Notes under the pieces: generated by a model
Databases searched by the model: none
What the model saw: only the letters and a program-made list of their open reading frames with translations
What the model was told of the DNA's origin: nothing
Part shown: positions 18,251-27,554 of the stretch, piece by piece
Layout of the letters: every line of letters begins with the position of its first letter
How positions within the stretch are numbered: the stretch's first letter is position 1
Assembly (NCBI GenBank): GCA_048538275.1
Contig: JBLYPW010000001.1
Span: 365,928-429,927 of the forward strand
Length of the DNA: 64,000 nucleotides
Source of the DNA: Candidatus Komeilibacteria bacterium
GTDB taxonomy: Bacteria > Patescibacteriota > Patescibacteriia > UBA1558
Direction of reading: 5' to 3'
Made by a program: the position numbers and the translations under genes

Positions 18251-21004
18251 ATGAAATTATTAAATAAAATTTTAGGCGATGCTAATGAAAAGTATCTAAA
18301 ATCATTACAGCCTTTAGTCCAGGAAATCAATGATTGGGAAGATAAGCTGAAGGATTTGTCGGCTGAACAGTTGGCAGCCAAAACAGATGAGTTTAAAACT
18401 AGACTCAAGCAGGGCGCTAGCTTGGATGATATTTTAGCGGAAGCTTTTGCTGTAGTGCGAGAAGCGGCGCTACGAACAACCGGCATGCGACCTTATGATG
18501 TACAGTTGATTGGCGGTATTGTTTTGCATCATGGACAAATCGCTGAAATGCGTACGGGTGAAGGTAAAACTTTAGTTGCTACGATGCCTGTTTATTTAAA
18601 TGCTTTATCGGGCAAAGGCGTGCACGTCGTGACTGTCAATGATTATTTAGCAAAAAGAGATGCGGTGTGGATGAGCCAAGTCTATAGTTATCTGGGTTTA
18701 TCGGTAGGCGTTATCCAACACGAAGCCGCTTTTTTGTATGACAGTAACTATACTAATGAAGCGGCGGATAGGCAAGCTGACCAAAGAGTAGAAGTAGACA
18801 TGGATTATTTGAAACCTTGTGCTCGCAAGGAGGCCTATCAAGCTGATATTACCTATGGTACTAACAATGAATTTGGTTTTGATTATCTCAAGGATAATAT
18901 GGTTCAGTCCACTGATCAGATGGTGCAACGGGATTTGCATTTTACTATCGTGGACGAAGTGGACTCTATTTTGATTGATGAAGCTCGCACGCCGTTGATA
19001 ATATCTGCCCCAGCAGAAGATTCTGCTCAACAATATTATCAGTTTGCGCGCTTAGTAAAGCGATTACGAGAGGAGGAGGATTATAATGTGGATGAAAAAA
19101 TGAAGGCGGTTACTTTGACAGAGGATGGCATTAGCAAGATGGAAAAAGCACTGGGCGTGACCAATATTTATGAGAGTAAGGGCTTGCGTACCGTGCATCA
19201 TTTGGAACAAGCTTTGAAGGCGGAAGTTTTGTTTAAGCGCGATCGTGATTATGTAGTTAAAGAAGGTGAAGTGATAATTGTAGATGAATTTACCGGTCGC
19301 CTCATGCATGGTCGTCGTTACTCAGAAGGCTTACATCAGGCCATTGAAGCTAAAGAAAATGTACAAATTCAAAAAGAAAGTGTTACCTTGGCCACCATTA
19401 CCTTTCAGAATTTTTTCCGCATGTATGATAAGTTGTCCGGCATGACTGGTACGGCGGTTACGGAAGCTGAGGAGTTTGCTAAAATATATCATCTTGAAGT
19501 TACTGTTATCCCTACCAATAAGCCGATTATTCGTCAGGATAGGGATGATTTGATTTATCAGTCAGAAATAGGTAAATTCAACGCCATTGTTCAGGATATC
19601 AAGGATCGTCAAATCAAAGGACAACCTGTTTTAGTAGGTACTATTTCTATTGCTAAAAATGAATTATTATCTTCTTTATTAAATCAAGCTGGCGTCAAGC
19701 ATCAAATTTTAAACGCCAAACAGCATGAAGCTGAAGCGGCTATTATTGCTCAGGCAGGTCGTCCCGGAACGGTTACCATAGCTACCAATATGGCTGGTCG
19801 TGGTGTTGATATTATCCTAGGTGGTAATCCCACGGATAAGGAAGAAGCTCGGCAGGTGAGAGAGAAGGGGGGATTGCTAGTGATTGGCACGGAAAGGCAT
19901 GAATCACGGCGTATTGATAATCAGTTGCGCGGGCGTGCCGGTCGTCAGGGTGATCCAGGTGAGACTAGATTTTATGTTTCTTTGGAAGATGATTTGATGC
20001 GTATATTTGGATCTGAGAGAATGAAAAGTATAATGAGGACTTTAAATGTTCCTGAAGATATGCCTATTGAAAATAAAATAATCTCTCGTTCTATAGAAGG
20101 GGCGCAAAAAAAAGTGGAAGGGTATAATTTTGACGTCCGTAAACACTTGGTAGAATATGATGACATTATAAATAAACATCGTGAGGTTATTTATCGCCGC
20201 CGCCGTCAATTACTTGAATTATATGAGGGCAAATCAGATAAATTAGTGGTAAAAGATGATGATGAGTATTATGAATTTACAAGTTTAACTGAATATGTAG
20301 CTTATTTAGTAAATAATGAAATGGCGCAAGTTGTCACTTTTCATACTAGTCAGGAAGGAGCTGATGATTTTAAGGAAATTTGGGAGACCGCACATACAAT
20401 TTATAGCCTGACAGCTGCTGACCAGCAAACCTATGATAAGATAGTTAGCAATCAACATTTAGAACCTCATCAATTGCGTCATGAAATTTTACAATACTTT
20501 TCCGATCTAACCGAAAAAAGAATGAAAGTATTGACAGAGTCAGTTAGTCAAGGACCTTTGGGTGAAGTTGGTTGGAATAGGTTATTATTAACAGTGTTGC
20601 TTCGGACTATAGATAATCTGTGGCTGGAGCATTTAGAGGCGATTGATTATTTACGGCAGGGTATTGGATTGCGAGGTTATGGTCAGCGCGATCCTTTGGT
20701 AGAGTATAAGAGAGAATCATATAAGATGTTTAGTGATTTATTGGCTAGTATTCAGAATCAGGTTGCCTATAATATTTTTAAGTTGGGTCAAACTACTAAT
20801 TTAGGTAATAATACTAGTAGCACTAGTAACTTGAATCTCCAAGGTGTTAGTCAGCAAACTCAGTTTGCTACCGAGCAGCAGCAAAAGCAGGCTGCTTCGG
20901 CTATAGAGAGCAAGCCACGTGATGACTCTGGTCATAAAGTTGGTCGTAATGACCCTTGCCCTTGTGGTAGTGGCAAAAAATATAAGCGTTGTCATGGTGC
21001 ATAA
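18251..21004 (+). CDS. secA: Preprotein translocase ATPase SecA
   Basis: The DEAD-like motor domains, a helical scaffold and a C-terminal zinc-binding tail ([14 protein letters not shown]) are all present. The length is 917 aa. Confidence 0.95.
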   Translation: MKLLNKILGDANEKYLKSLQPLVQEINDWEDKLKDLSAEQLAAKTDEFKTRLKQGASLDDILAEAFAVVREAALRTTGMRPYDVQLIGGIVLHHGQIAEMRTGEGKTLVATMPVYLNALSGKGVHVVTVNDYLAKRDAVWMSQVYSYLGLSVGVIQHEAAFLYDSNYTNEAADRQADQRVEVDMDYLKPCARKEAYQADITYGTNNEFGFDYLKDNMVQSTDQMVQRDLHFTIVDEVDSILIDEARTPLIISAPAEDSAQQYYQFARLVKRLREEEDYNVDEKMKAVTLTEDGISKMEKALGVTNIYESKGLRTVHHLEQALKAEVLFKRDRDYVVKEGEVIIVDEFTGRLMHGRRYSEGLHQAIEAKENVQIQKESVTLATITFQNFFRMYDKLSGMTGTAVTEAEEFAKIYHLEVTVIPTNKPIIRQDRDDLIYQSEIGKFNAIVQDIKDRQIKGQPVLVGTISIAKNELLSSLLNQAGVKHQILNAKQHEAEAAIIAQAGRPGTVTIATNMAGRGVDIILGGNPTDKEEARQVREKGGLLVIGTERHESRRIDNQLRGRAGRQGDPGETRFYVSLEDDLMRIFGSERMKSIMRTLNVPEDMPIENKIISRSIEGAQKKVEGYNFDVRKHLVEYDDIINKHREVIYRRRRQLLELYEGKSDKLVVKDDDEYYEFTSLTEYVAYLVNNEMAQVVTFHTSQEGADDFKEIWETAHTIYSLTAADQQTYDKIVSNQHLEPHQLRHEILQYFSDLTEKRMKVLTESVSQGPLGEVGWNRLLLTVLLRTIDNLWLEHLEAIDYLRQGIGLRGYGQRDPLVEYKRESYKMFSDLLASIQNQVAYNIFKLGQTTNLGNNTSSTSNLNLQGVSQQTQFATEQQQKQAASAIESKPRDDSGHKVGRNDPCPCGSGKKYKRCHGA

Positions 21005-21041
21005 ATTCGGTTCACACCTATTGATGTAGGATTAATTTACT

Positions 21042-22130
21042 ATGTTTTGGGTTAGTCACAAAAAAAGAATAAAAGTAGCAGTTGGTATGTCTGGCGGAGT
21101 AGATTCTTCATTGGCTGCTTTATTATTATCCCAAGATAAAGCTTATGATACGGTGGGCGTGTATATGCGCAATTGGTCGCAAGAGTTGCCAGAAATAAAA
21201 GGTTGTCCGTGGGAGACAGACCAACGTGATGCTCGTTTGGTGGCGGATCAACTAGGGATTCCTTTTTATGTGGTAAATTTTGAGCAAGAATATTATGATG
21301 CTGTGGTGAAATATATGATTGATGGTTATCAGCGGGGTATCACGCCAAATCCTGATATTGTTTGTAATCAGGCTATTAAATTTGGTATTTTTTGGAAAAA
21401 AATGCGCGCCTGGGGTTTTGCGAAGATTGCCACGGGGCATTATGCTCGCATTATTCAAACCGGTAAAAATTATCAGTTGACCTTATCTGCTGATGACAAT
21501 AAAGATCAAACTTATTTTTTAAGCCGCTTAAGTCAAGAGCAAATAGGTCATGCTCTTTTTCCTTTGGGTGATTTAACCAAAAGAGAGGTTAGAAATTTAG
21601 CGGCTAAAGCAAATTTATTAACGGCTCATAAACGTGATTCGCAGGGCGTTTGTTTTATTGGCAATATGAAAGTAAATGATTTTCTCAAACGATATATTTC
21701 TGGTACGCCAGGCAGTATCAAGGATTTGTCCAGCGGTAAAATTATTGGCAAGCATCAAGGAATAGAATTTTTTACCATTGGTCAACGGCAAGGTATTGAT
21801 ATTGGCGGTAGTGGTCCTTATTATGTTGTTCGTCGTGATTTGCAAGCAGCAGATTTGTGGGTCACTAATAGGATTGATGATCCTGCCTTATTTAGTAAAG
21901 AGATTAAAATTGTCAATACCATTTGGCAACAGACAGTTACAAAATTACCGGTTGCCGTACAAGTACGTATTCGTCATCGTCAGCCTTTTGTTTCGGCTAA
22001 AGTGATTGCTGGAGAAGAGACAGGGGAATATATCATAAAATTATCAAAGTCAGTACGGGCTGTCACTCCTGGGCAGGTGGCGGCTATGTATCAAAACGGT
22101 ATAGTTTTAGGAGCGGGAATTATTGTCTAA
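21042..22130 (+). CDS. mnmA: tRNA-specific 2-thiouridylase MnmA
   Basis: The PP-loop reads VAVGMSGGVDSS. Conserved MnmA cysteines and motifs are present (…CNQAIKFG…, DSQGVCFIG). Confidence 0.9.
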   Translation: MFWVSHKKRIKVAVGMSGGVDSSLAALLLSQDKAYDTVGVYMRNWSQELPEIKGCPWETDQRDARLVADQLGIPFYVVNFEQEYYDAVVKYMIDGYQRGITPNPDIVCNQAIKFGIFWKKMRAWGFAKIATGHYARIIQTGKNYQLTLSADDNKDQTYFLSRLSQEQIGHALFPLGDLTKREVRNLAAKANLLTAHKRDSQGVCFIGNMKVNDFLKRYISGTPGSIKDLSSGKIIGKHQGIEFFTIGQRQGIDIGGSGPYYVVRRDLQAADLWVTNRIDDPALFSKEIKIVNTIWQQTVTKLPVAVQVRIRHRQPFVSAKVIAGEETGEYIIKLSKSVRAVTPGQVAAMYQNGIVLGAGIIV

Positions 22131-22244
22131 TCAATACTATGGATTTATTATATTTACTAGTTTACTAGAATTTTTTTGTTTGTGTATCAATTGTGGATAA
22201 GTTGACTATTGACTTGAACTAAATTGTTTAATAAAGTAATAGCG

Positions 22245-22651
22245 TTTCAGAGATTACCTGGATTTTCAAGCCTGTCATAATTCTGGATAGGTACGATGGT
22301 TAATTAATATCCATATACCCTCCTTTTAGGTGATCTAGGATTATGCCGAGAGTAAACTCGGGACTACAGTGCTTGGCGATCGGAGCTATTAAGCCTGGCC
22401 AAAAAGTCAGGTGCCTGTGAATAAACCGGGCAAAAAAGCCGACATGTCCCAAAATTATGGGATAAAAATACCTTGTGGGTCATTCTCACAAACCGAAAGG
22501 TGGAGGGTAGTCGGCTAATAAAGCTATCGATCGAAAATCAGGCCGGTGAAAACTGGCCTGGAGTGAGCATCCAAAAGGTGCTGACTAAACCAAAAGGAGA
22601 GTGTAAGTTATGATTGTATGGCAAGCAGTCTAACAACACTCTCCTTTTTTG
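22245..22651 (+). ncRNA. Candidate structured non-coding RNA of unknown class (~400 nt), ending in a strong intrinsic terminator
   Basis: The tract is ORF-free (no ORF of 60 aa or more on either strand). It is comparatively GC-rich with many short complementary segments. It ends in a 12-bp perfect-stem hairpin (aaaggagagtgt…acactctcc) followed by T6 at 22593-22651. Possible upstream promoter elements are weak (TTGACT at 22209). Confidence 0.35.
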
Positions 22652-22707
22652 AATTCATTAAAGTTATTATATTTTTCCTAATATTAGGTATTTTAGTATT
22701 CTAAGTA

Positions 22708-23002
22708 TTGACATAATATGAAATATAGTGTATTATATAAAATTAGAACTTTTTTGCAGGTAAATTGTTTTTAAAACACCTAGCTAGCCGTTGATTCTAC
22801 GAGTTAGTATTAAAGAGGCCAAGGGGTATTGGATTTATCTGTACTGATAACAAACGCTGCTTACGCGGGTATTTATTATTTTATTGATTATTATCATTAA
22901 AATAGTAGAGAAGATGCGCGTTTATGATAGTAGCGTTTGAAACTGGCAGCAAGAGTTTGCCAGAAAAGGGGCGGAAGAATTTAGTTTTCGTCCCTTTTTT
23001 TA
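22708..23002 (+). ncRNA. Second candidate small-RNA unit: a near-consensus sigma70 promoter followed ~250 nt later by a hairpin/T-tract terminator
   Basis: The -35 is TTGACA (22708-22713), followed by a 17-bp spacer and a TATTAT -10 (22731-22736). Two hairpins follow (ctggca…tgccag at 22943-22963, and aggggcgg…tcgtccct at 22967-22995), then T7. Only tiny sORFs lie inside. Confidence 0.3.
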
Positions 23003-23271
23003 TTGACTGCTTTATTTTTTTTGTTATAATCTTCTTAGTGCCAATGGCTTGGTCCCAAGCAATATGGTAGTGGAAGGTGTTCTCAAAGCCCACTCCGGCA
23101 AGACCAAGGGTGCTACTAAAAATGATGACCTTTCATAATAATCATCAGGTTATTTGGTGAGAGATTGTCATTTTGTACAGGGGTGTTAAGTTGGCTACGG
23201 TTGACACACCCCTTTTTCTTGTCTTGTGGCTTAAATTATATTATGATAAAGACTAGTTTATTAGCGATACT
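23003..23271 (+). promoter_or_regulatory. alaS promoter plus ~235-nt 5' leader with an intrinsic terminator/attenuator immediately upstream of the start codon
   Basis: The -35 is TTGACT (23003-23008), with a 16-bp spacer and a TATAAT -10 (23025-23030). There is a long-range helix cttggtc…gaccaag in the leader. A terminator hairpin (ggggtgt…acacccc) followed by TTTTTCTT lies at 23180-23218, ~55 nt before the alaS ATG. Confidence 0.45.
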
Positions 23272-25395
23272 ATGATTACTACCAGAGAATTAAGACAAAA
23301 ATATTTAGACTTTTTTAAATCTAAGAATCACGCCATTATTGATGGCGCTTCTTTGTTGCCAGAAAATGACGCTTCGGTTTTATTTACCACCGCTGGCATG
23401 CATCCTTTGGTGCCTTATTTATTAGGTGAAAAGCATCCGGCCGGTCAACGTTTAGCTGATGCGCAAGGCTGTATCAGAACCGGTGATATAGAAGAAGTGG
23501 GGGATGATAGCCACCTTACTTTTTTTGAAATGCTTGGCAATTGGTCATTGGGCGATTATTTTAAAGAAGAGGCTATTGCTATGAGTTGGGAATTTCTTAC
23601 CGGTAGACAATGGTTGGGATTGGATAAAAACAAAATAGCAATTTCTGTATTTGCCGGTGATGATGACGCCCCTCGTGATGAAGAATCAGCTAAGCTATGG
23701 TTGGCGCAAGGATTACCGCAGCACAAAATTGCTTATTTGCCCAAGGAAAATAATTGGTGGGGGCCGGCCGGGCAAACCGGACCATGTGGACCTGATTCAG
23801 AAATGTTTTATTGGGTGGGGCCAGGATTACCGCCGCAAGATTCTAATCCCGGCAATGATGAAGATAATTGGCTAGAAATTTGGAATGACGTTTTTATGCA
23901 GTATAGTAAGCAATATCGGACGATTTTAGTTGATGGCATGCATTGTCTTTATGATAGTGATTTTAAACGTAATGAGGAGATGACTAAGTTGTTACAGACA
24001 TATCCTGGTAAAAAGATTGTTGTGATTAATGGCCACGCTAAAGAAGCGGAGCAGCTAACAAAAGAGTTGGGATGGCAAGTGTTTACTTTGGACCAAACTA
24101 TTAGTAAGGATCAAGGTGATTTTTTTATCAAGTTATTAGCTCAAGTAAAGTTAAAGGCTAAACAGGTAATGTATTTTGATCATGATATGGCTAATATAGC
24201 GGCGGCGCAAAGCGTCGGTATTGAGCGGTGTATGTTGTGGGTTGATGATTTGGAGGCTTTAGCCGGTTGGCTGAATGATAATATTATTTTCTACGAGCCT
24301 TTATTACAAAAAAATGTTGATACCGGCATGGGCTTGGAAAGAACGGTTGCTATACTAAACGGATTTAAATCAGTTTATGAGATAGATACTATAAAACCGA
24401 TTTATGATACTGTATTGGCTTTAGCCAAAGATAAAAATAATATTACGGCCTTACGCGTTATCACGGATCATTTACGCGCCGCTATTATGATAATGGGGGA
24501 TCGACGAGGAGTAATGCCTTCAAATGTTGATCAAGGATATGTAGTGCGTCGTTTATTACGATCTGCTATCCGTCGTGGTCGTGAGGTTGGTATTACAGAT
24601 CCATTTTTTACCGTGGTGGGTAAGCAGATTATTGAGCTGAATAAAATTAGTTTTCCCAGTTTAAAAAATAATGCTAATAAAGTGATCGCCGAATTGATAG
24701 TGGAAGAAGAAAAATTCTCTCGGGTTTTGGAACAAGGTGAACTAAAAGTAAAAGAGTTTATTGCTGATGGCAAGATTTCTGGTGAGGAAGCGTTTCAATT
24801 GTATTCCACCTATGGTTTTCCTGTAGAAGAGATTCAACGCCTGGGTGTGAGCGTTGATATAGATGGTTTTAAAAAGCAGTTGAACGCGCATCAGGAGCTG
24901 TCCCGAGCAGGAGCGCAACAAAAATTTGCTGGTGGACTAGCCGATCATTCTGAGGCGACAACCAAATTACATACGGCAACGCATTTATTACATGCTGCTT
25001 TACGTAAAGTCTTGGGCGATCATGTCGTACAAAAGGGTTCTAATATTACCGCCGAACGTTTACGTTTTGATTTTTCTCATCCAGATAAATTAACGGCTGA
25101 GCAAATTGAACAAGTTGAAAATTTGGTTAATGACGTAATTGCGCAAAAACTGGCTGTCACCTATCAAGAGATGTCAGTTGACGAAGCTAAACAACAAGGG
25201 GCTTTGGGGGTGTTTGACAGAAAATATGGGGATAAGATAAAAGTTTATTCGGTGGGGGAAGGCGATAAGCGTTTTTCCTGTGAAATATGTGGTGGCCCTC
25301 ATGTAAAAAATACTGCAGAATTAGGGCATTTTCGCATAAAAAAAGAGCAAGCCTCATCAGCTGGGGTGCGCCGTATCAAAGCGGTGGTAGAGTAG
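23272..25395 (+). CDS. alaS: Alanyl-tRNA synthetase (catalytic, tRNA-recognition and editing domains; no C-Ala domain), with a ~135-aa insertion in the catalytic domain
   Basis: AlaS signatures are present: N-terminal …FTTAGMHP…, HLTFFEMLGNWS.GDYFK, VDTGMGLER, and the editing-domain HxxxH/CxxxH (HTATHLLHAALRKVLGDHV…CGGPHV). An extra segment (~nt 23905-24314) sits between the FMQ motif and VDTGMGLER, where E. coli AlaS has ~15 residues. Confidence 0.95.
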   Translation: MITTRELRQKYLDFFKSKNHAIIDGASLLPENDASVLFTTAGMHPLVPYLLGEKHPAGQRLADAQGCIRTGDIEEVGDDSHLTFFEMLGNWSLGDYFKEEAIAMSWEFLTGRQWLGLDKNKIAISVFAGDDDAPRDEESAKLWLAQGLPQHKIAYLPKENNWWGPAGQTGPCGPDSEMFYWVGPGLPPQDSNPGNDEDNWLEIWNDVFMQYSKQYRTILVDGMHCLYDSDFKRNEEMTKLLQTYPGKKIVVINGHAKEAEQLTKELGWQVFTLDQTISKDQGDFFIKLLAQVKLKAKQVMYFDHDMANIAAAQSVGIERCMLWVDDLEALAGWLNDNIIFYEPLLQKNVDTGMGLERTVAILNGFKSVYEIDTIKPIYDTVLALAKDKNNITALRVITDHLRAAIMIMGDRRGVMPSNVDQGYVVRRLLRSAIRRGREVGITDPFFTVVGKQIIELNKISFPSLKNNANKVIAELIVEEEKFSRVLEQGELKVKEFIADGKISGEEAFQLYSTYGFPVEEIQRLGVSVDIDGFKKQLNAHQELSRAGAQQKFAGGLADHSEATTKLHTATHLLHAALRKVLGDHVVQKGSNITAERLRFDFSHPDKLTAEQIEQVENLVNDVIAQKLAVTYQEMSVDEAKQQGALGVFDRKYGDKIKVYSVGEGDKRFSCEICGGPHVKNTAELGHFRIKKEQASSAGVRRIKAVVE

Positions 25396-25432
25396 TTGAC
25401 AGGAAGTCATATATGGTATATTATATTGGGGC

Positions 25433-25460
25433 TTGACTTTTTTGAGGATCATATTATAAT
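25433..25460 (+). promoter_or_regulatory. Sigma70-type promoter of the infA-rpmJ-rpsM-rpsK-rpsD-rpoA-rplQ operon
   Basis: The -35 is TTGACT (25433-25438), with a 16-bp spacer and a TATAAT -10 (25455-25460). A second candidate lies just upstream (TTGACA at 25396). Confidence 0.5.
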
Positions 25461-25595
25461 CCTAAGCGAGTTTATTAAGAATCTGATCAAATTAGATCAT
25501 ACAATCTAAAGTTATCAACCAGTCGTTTACTGGGGAGGAGTACTAGTTAAAAACGCGTCATCCTTTGTAAATGTCTATTTTTTTTACCCCATTGC

Positions 25596-25832
25596 ATGTC
25601 CAGTGACCAATTTCAGACCAATAAAAAGGGTTTTATAGAAACTACCGGTAAAGTGACCGAGTTGTTACCCGGTGCTAGCTTTAGAGTAGTTTTGGAAAAT
25701 GATCATGAAATTATTGCTCATTTATCCGGTAGAATGCGCATGTATAAGATTAAAATTTTGCCGGGAGATGAGGTAAAAGTTGAAATCAGTCCCTATGATT
25801 TAACCAAGGGACGTATAACATATCGTAACTAG
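25596..25832 (+). CDS. infA: Translation initiation factor IF-1
   Basis: It has an S1-like fold: …[60 protein letters not shown]. Confidence 0.85.
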   Translation: MSSDQFQTNKKGFIETTGKVTELLPGASFRVVLENDHEIIAHLSGRMRMYKIKILPGDEVKVEISPYDLTKGRITYRN

Positions 25833-25835
25833 TTT

Positions 25836-25949
25836 ATGAAAGTCAGAAGTTCTGTAAAGAAAATGTGTAAAGATTGTAAGGTTATTCGCCGCAAAGGACG
25901 AGTAATTTGTATTTGTAAAAATCCAAAACATAAACAAAGACAAGGCTAG
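25836..25949 (+). CDS. rpmJ: 50S ribosomal protein L36 (37 aa; below the ORF-track size cut-off)
   Basis: Hand translation gives [37 protein letters not shown], the canonical zinc-ribbon L36. It sits between infA and rpsM as in the conserved operon. Confidence 0.9.
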   Translation: MKVRSSVKKMCKDCKVIRRKGRVICICKNPKHKQRQG

Positions 25950-26042
25950 GGATTGGTTGTATGCTCTGGGGCAAAGTATAGTTGGCGTCGTCTATTTTTA
26001 AGCTCTATACCTAAATTATTAATTATAAGATAAAGTTATCAG

Positions 26043-26432
26043 ATGGCTAGAATAGCAAATGTAAATATACCCAATGAAAAAAGAGTAGAAGTCGGTTTGA
26101 CCTATATTTATGGCATTGGTCTAAAAACTTCACATAATATTTTGGCTACGGTCAAGATTGACCCGAATACAAAGGTGAAGGATTTGACTGAAAGCCAATT
26201 ACAGTTATTACGTGATTATTTAACCAAAAGTTGTAAGGTTGAAGGGGATTTGCGTCGTGATATTTTATTGAATATCAAACGCTTGAAGGAGATTGGTAGT
26301 TATCGCGGTAATAGACATACACGCAATTTGCCAGCCCGTGGTCAGCGTACTAAAACTAATTCTCGTACAGTTCGTGGTAATGTTCGTCGTACCATGGGTA
26401 GCGGTAAAGCAAAGGCAGCTGCCAAGACCTAA
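26043..26432 (+). CDS. rpsM: 30S ribosomal protein S13
   Basis: [26 protein letters not shown]… is canonical S13. Confidence 0.95.
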   Translation: MARIANVNIPNEKRVEVGLTYIYGIGLKTSHNILATVKIDPNTKVKDLTESQLQLLRDYLTKSCKVEGDLRRDILLNIKRLKEIGSYRGNRHTRNLPARGQRTKTNSRTVRGNVRRTMGSGKAKAAAKT

Positions 26433-26455
26433 TAAGTCAGAGATAAAGATTTTTT

Positions 26456-26908
26456 ATGAGTAGAAAAAAAAGACAATTAGAGCGTCAAAAAAAACGAGCG
26501 GTGGCTAAAAAGACCGTTGTCAATAAAGATAAGGGCGGTAAGAAAAAGAAAGTTCGTAAGCTGATTAAACGTGGGCAGGCTCATATTCAAGCTACCTACA
26601 ATAATACGATAGTAACTTTGACTGATTTGAATGGTAATGTTATAGCGCAGGCTACTGCTGGCATGAGTGGTTTTAAGGGGGCAAAGAAAGCTACCCCATA
26701 TGCCGCTTCTGTTATTGTAAAAAATGCTGCGGAAAAAGTTAAGAATTATGGTTTGCAAGAAGTAGATGTATTTGTTCGTGGCGTTGGTGCCGGACGCGAA
26801 TCAGCTGTACGGGCATTGCATGCCAATAATATAACAGTTTTAAGTATTAAAGATGTTACCCCGATTCCTCATAATGGTTGTCGGCCTAAAAAGCCACGGC
26901 GGGTATAA
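26456..26908 (+). CDS. rpsK: 30S ribosomal protein S11 (with a Lys-rich N-terminal extension)
   Basis: The S11 core reads …HIQATYNNTIVTLTDLNGNVIAQATAGMSGFKGAKKATPYAA…. Confidence 0.95.
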   Translation: MSRKKRQLERQKKRAVAKKTVVNKDKGGKKKKVRKLIKRGQAHIQATYNNTIVTLTDLNGNVIAQATAGMSGFKGAKKATPYAASVIVKNAAEKVKNYGLQEVDVFVRGVGAGRESAVRALHANNITVLSIKDVTPIPHNGCRPKKPRRV

Positions 26909-26920
26909 AATTATTTATAT

Positions 26921-27538
26921 ATGGGAAGATATACAGGTCCAAAATGGAAACAATCAAGACGTGAAGGCGTAGAATTGCGCGATGGCGCAAAACCGGCTTT
27001 ACAAAAACGAAACTATCCACCAGGAGTACATGGTCCAAATGTTCGTATGCGACGTATTTCTAGTTATGGAAAACAATTACGAGAGAAGCAGAAAGCAAAA
27101 AGGATTTATGGCTTATATGAAAGACAGTTTCATACTGTTTATAATAAAGCTACCAATATGGCTGGCGATGCAGCAGTCAATTTACGTTTGCTTTTAGAAA
27201 TGCGTTTAGATAATGTTGTTTATCGTGCTCAGTTAGCCCAGTCGCGACAACAAGCACGTCAGCTGGTTAGTCACGGTCATATTACAGTAGATGGTCATAA
27301 GGTTGATATACCTTCATTCTTGGTAAAACCGGGCATGGTTATGGGCATAAAAAAAAGTTATCAAGCCAAGCCTTATTGGCAGGATAGATTTGAAAAATTA
27401 GCTAAGGTAAAAGAATTTGTTTCTTGGTTAAGCTTTGATATCAGCGCTAAGACAATTACTGTTACCACTACACCGGACGTTGAAGAACAGGCCAGTCTAT
27501 TTGACCCAACCTTGATTATTGAGTTTTATTCTAAGTAA
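26921..27538 (+). CDS. rpsD: 30S ribosomal protein S4
   Basis: The N-terminus is MGRYTGPKWKQSRREG…, and an S4 RNA-binding domain follows. Confidence 0.95.
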   Translation: MGRYTGPKWKQSRREGVELRDGAKPALQKRNYPPGVHGPNVRMRRISSYGKQLREKQKAKRIYGLYERQFHTVYNKATNMAGDAAVNLRLLLEMRLDNVVYRAQLAQSRQQARQLVSHGHITVDGHKVDIPSFLVKPGMVMGIKKSYQAKPYWQDRFEKLAKVKEFVSWLSFDISAKTITVTTTPDVEEQASLFDPTLIIEFYSK

Positions 27539-27554
27539 TAAAAAGTCTAAATTT

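Noticed and set aside
22245-22651. Assigning the long noncoding unit to RNase P RNA, tmRNA or SRP RNA
   Set aside because: Hand comparison found only partial resemblances (for example GUCAGGUgCC versus the SRP GUCAGGUCCGGAAGG, and gaguaaacucgggacuacag versus the P4 GGAAAGUCCGGGCUCC). There is no tRNA-like 3' end or tag-peptide ORF for tmRNA, and no ACAGAAnCCGGCUUA for RNase P. It is left as unknown class.
22881-23093. 70-aa minus-strand ORF inside the noncoding region
   Set aside because: It is Lys-rich and low-complexity, spans two terminator hairpins and the alaS promoter, and has no RBS-like context. It is most likely a chance ORF in AT-rich DNA. It cannot be strictly excluded.
23100-23220. 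T-box riboswitch call for the alaS leader
   Set aside because: An AGGGUG-like string sits at the 5' arm of the terminator, and a GCC codon lies in an apical loop. However, the UGGN acceptor-pairing bulge, GA/K-turn and Stem I specifier-loop geometry are not evident. It is reported only as an attenuator-like leader.
23905-24314. Intein in AlaS
   Set aside because: The insertion lacks a Cys/Ser/Thr at its N-terminal junction, a His-Asn plus Cys/Ser/Thr at its C-terminal junction, and homing-endonuclease motifs. It looks like an inserted Rossmannoid domain instead.
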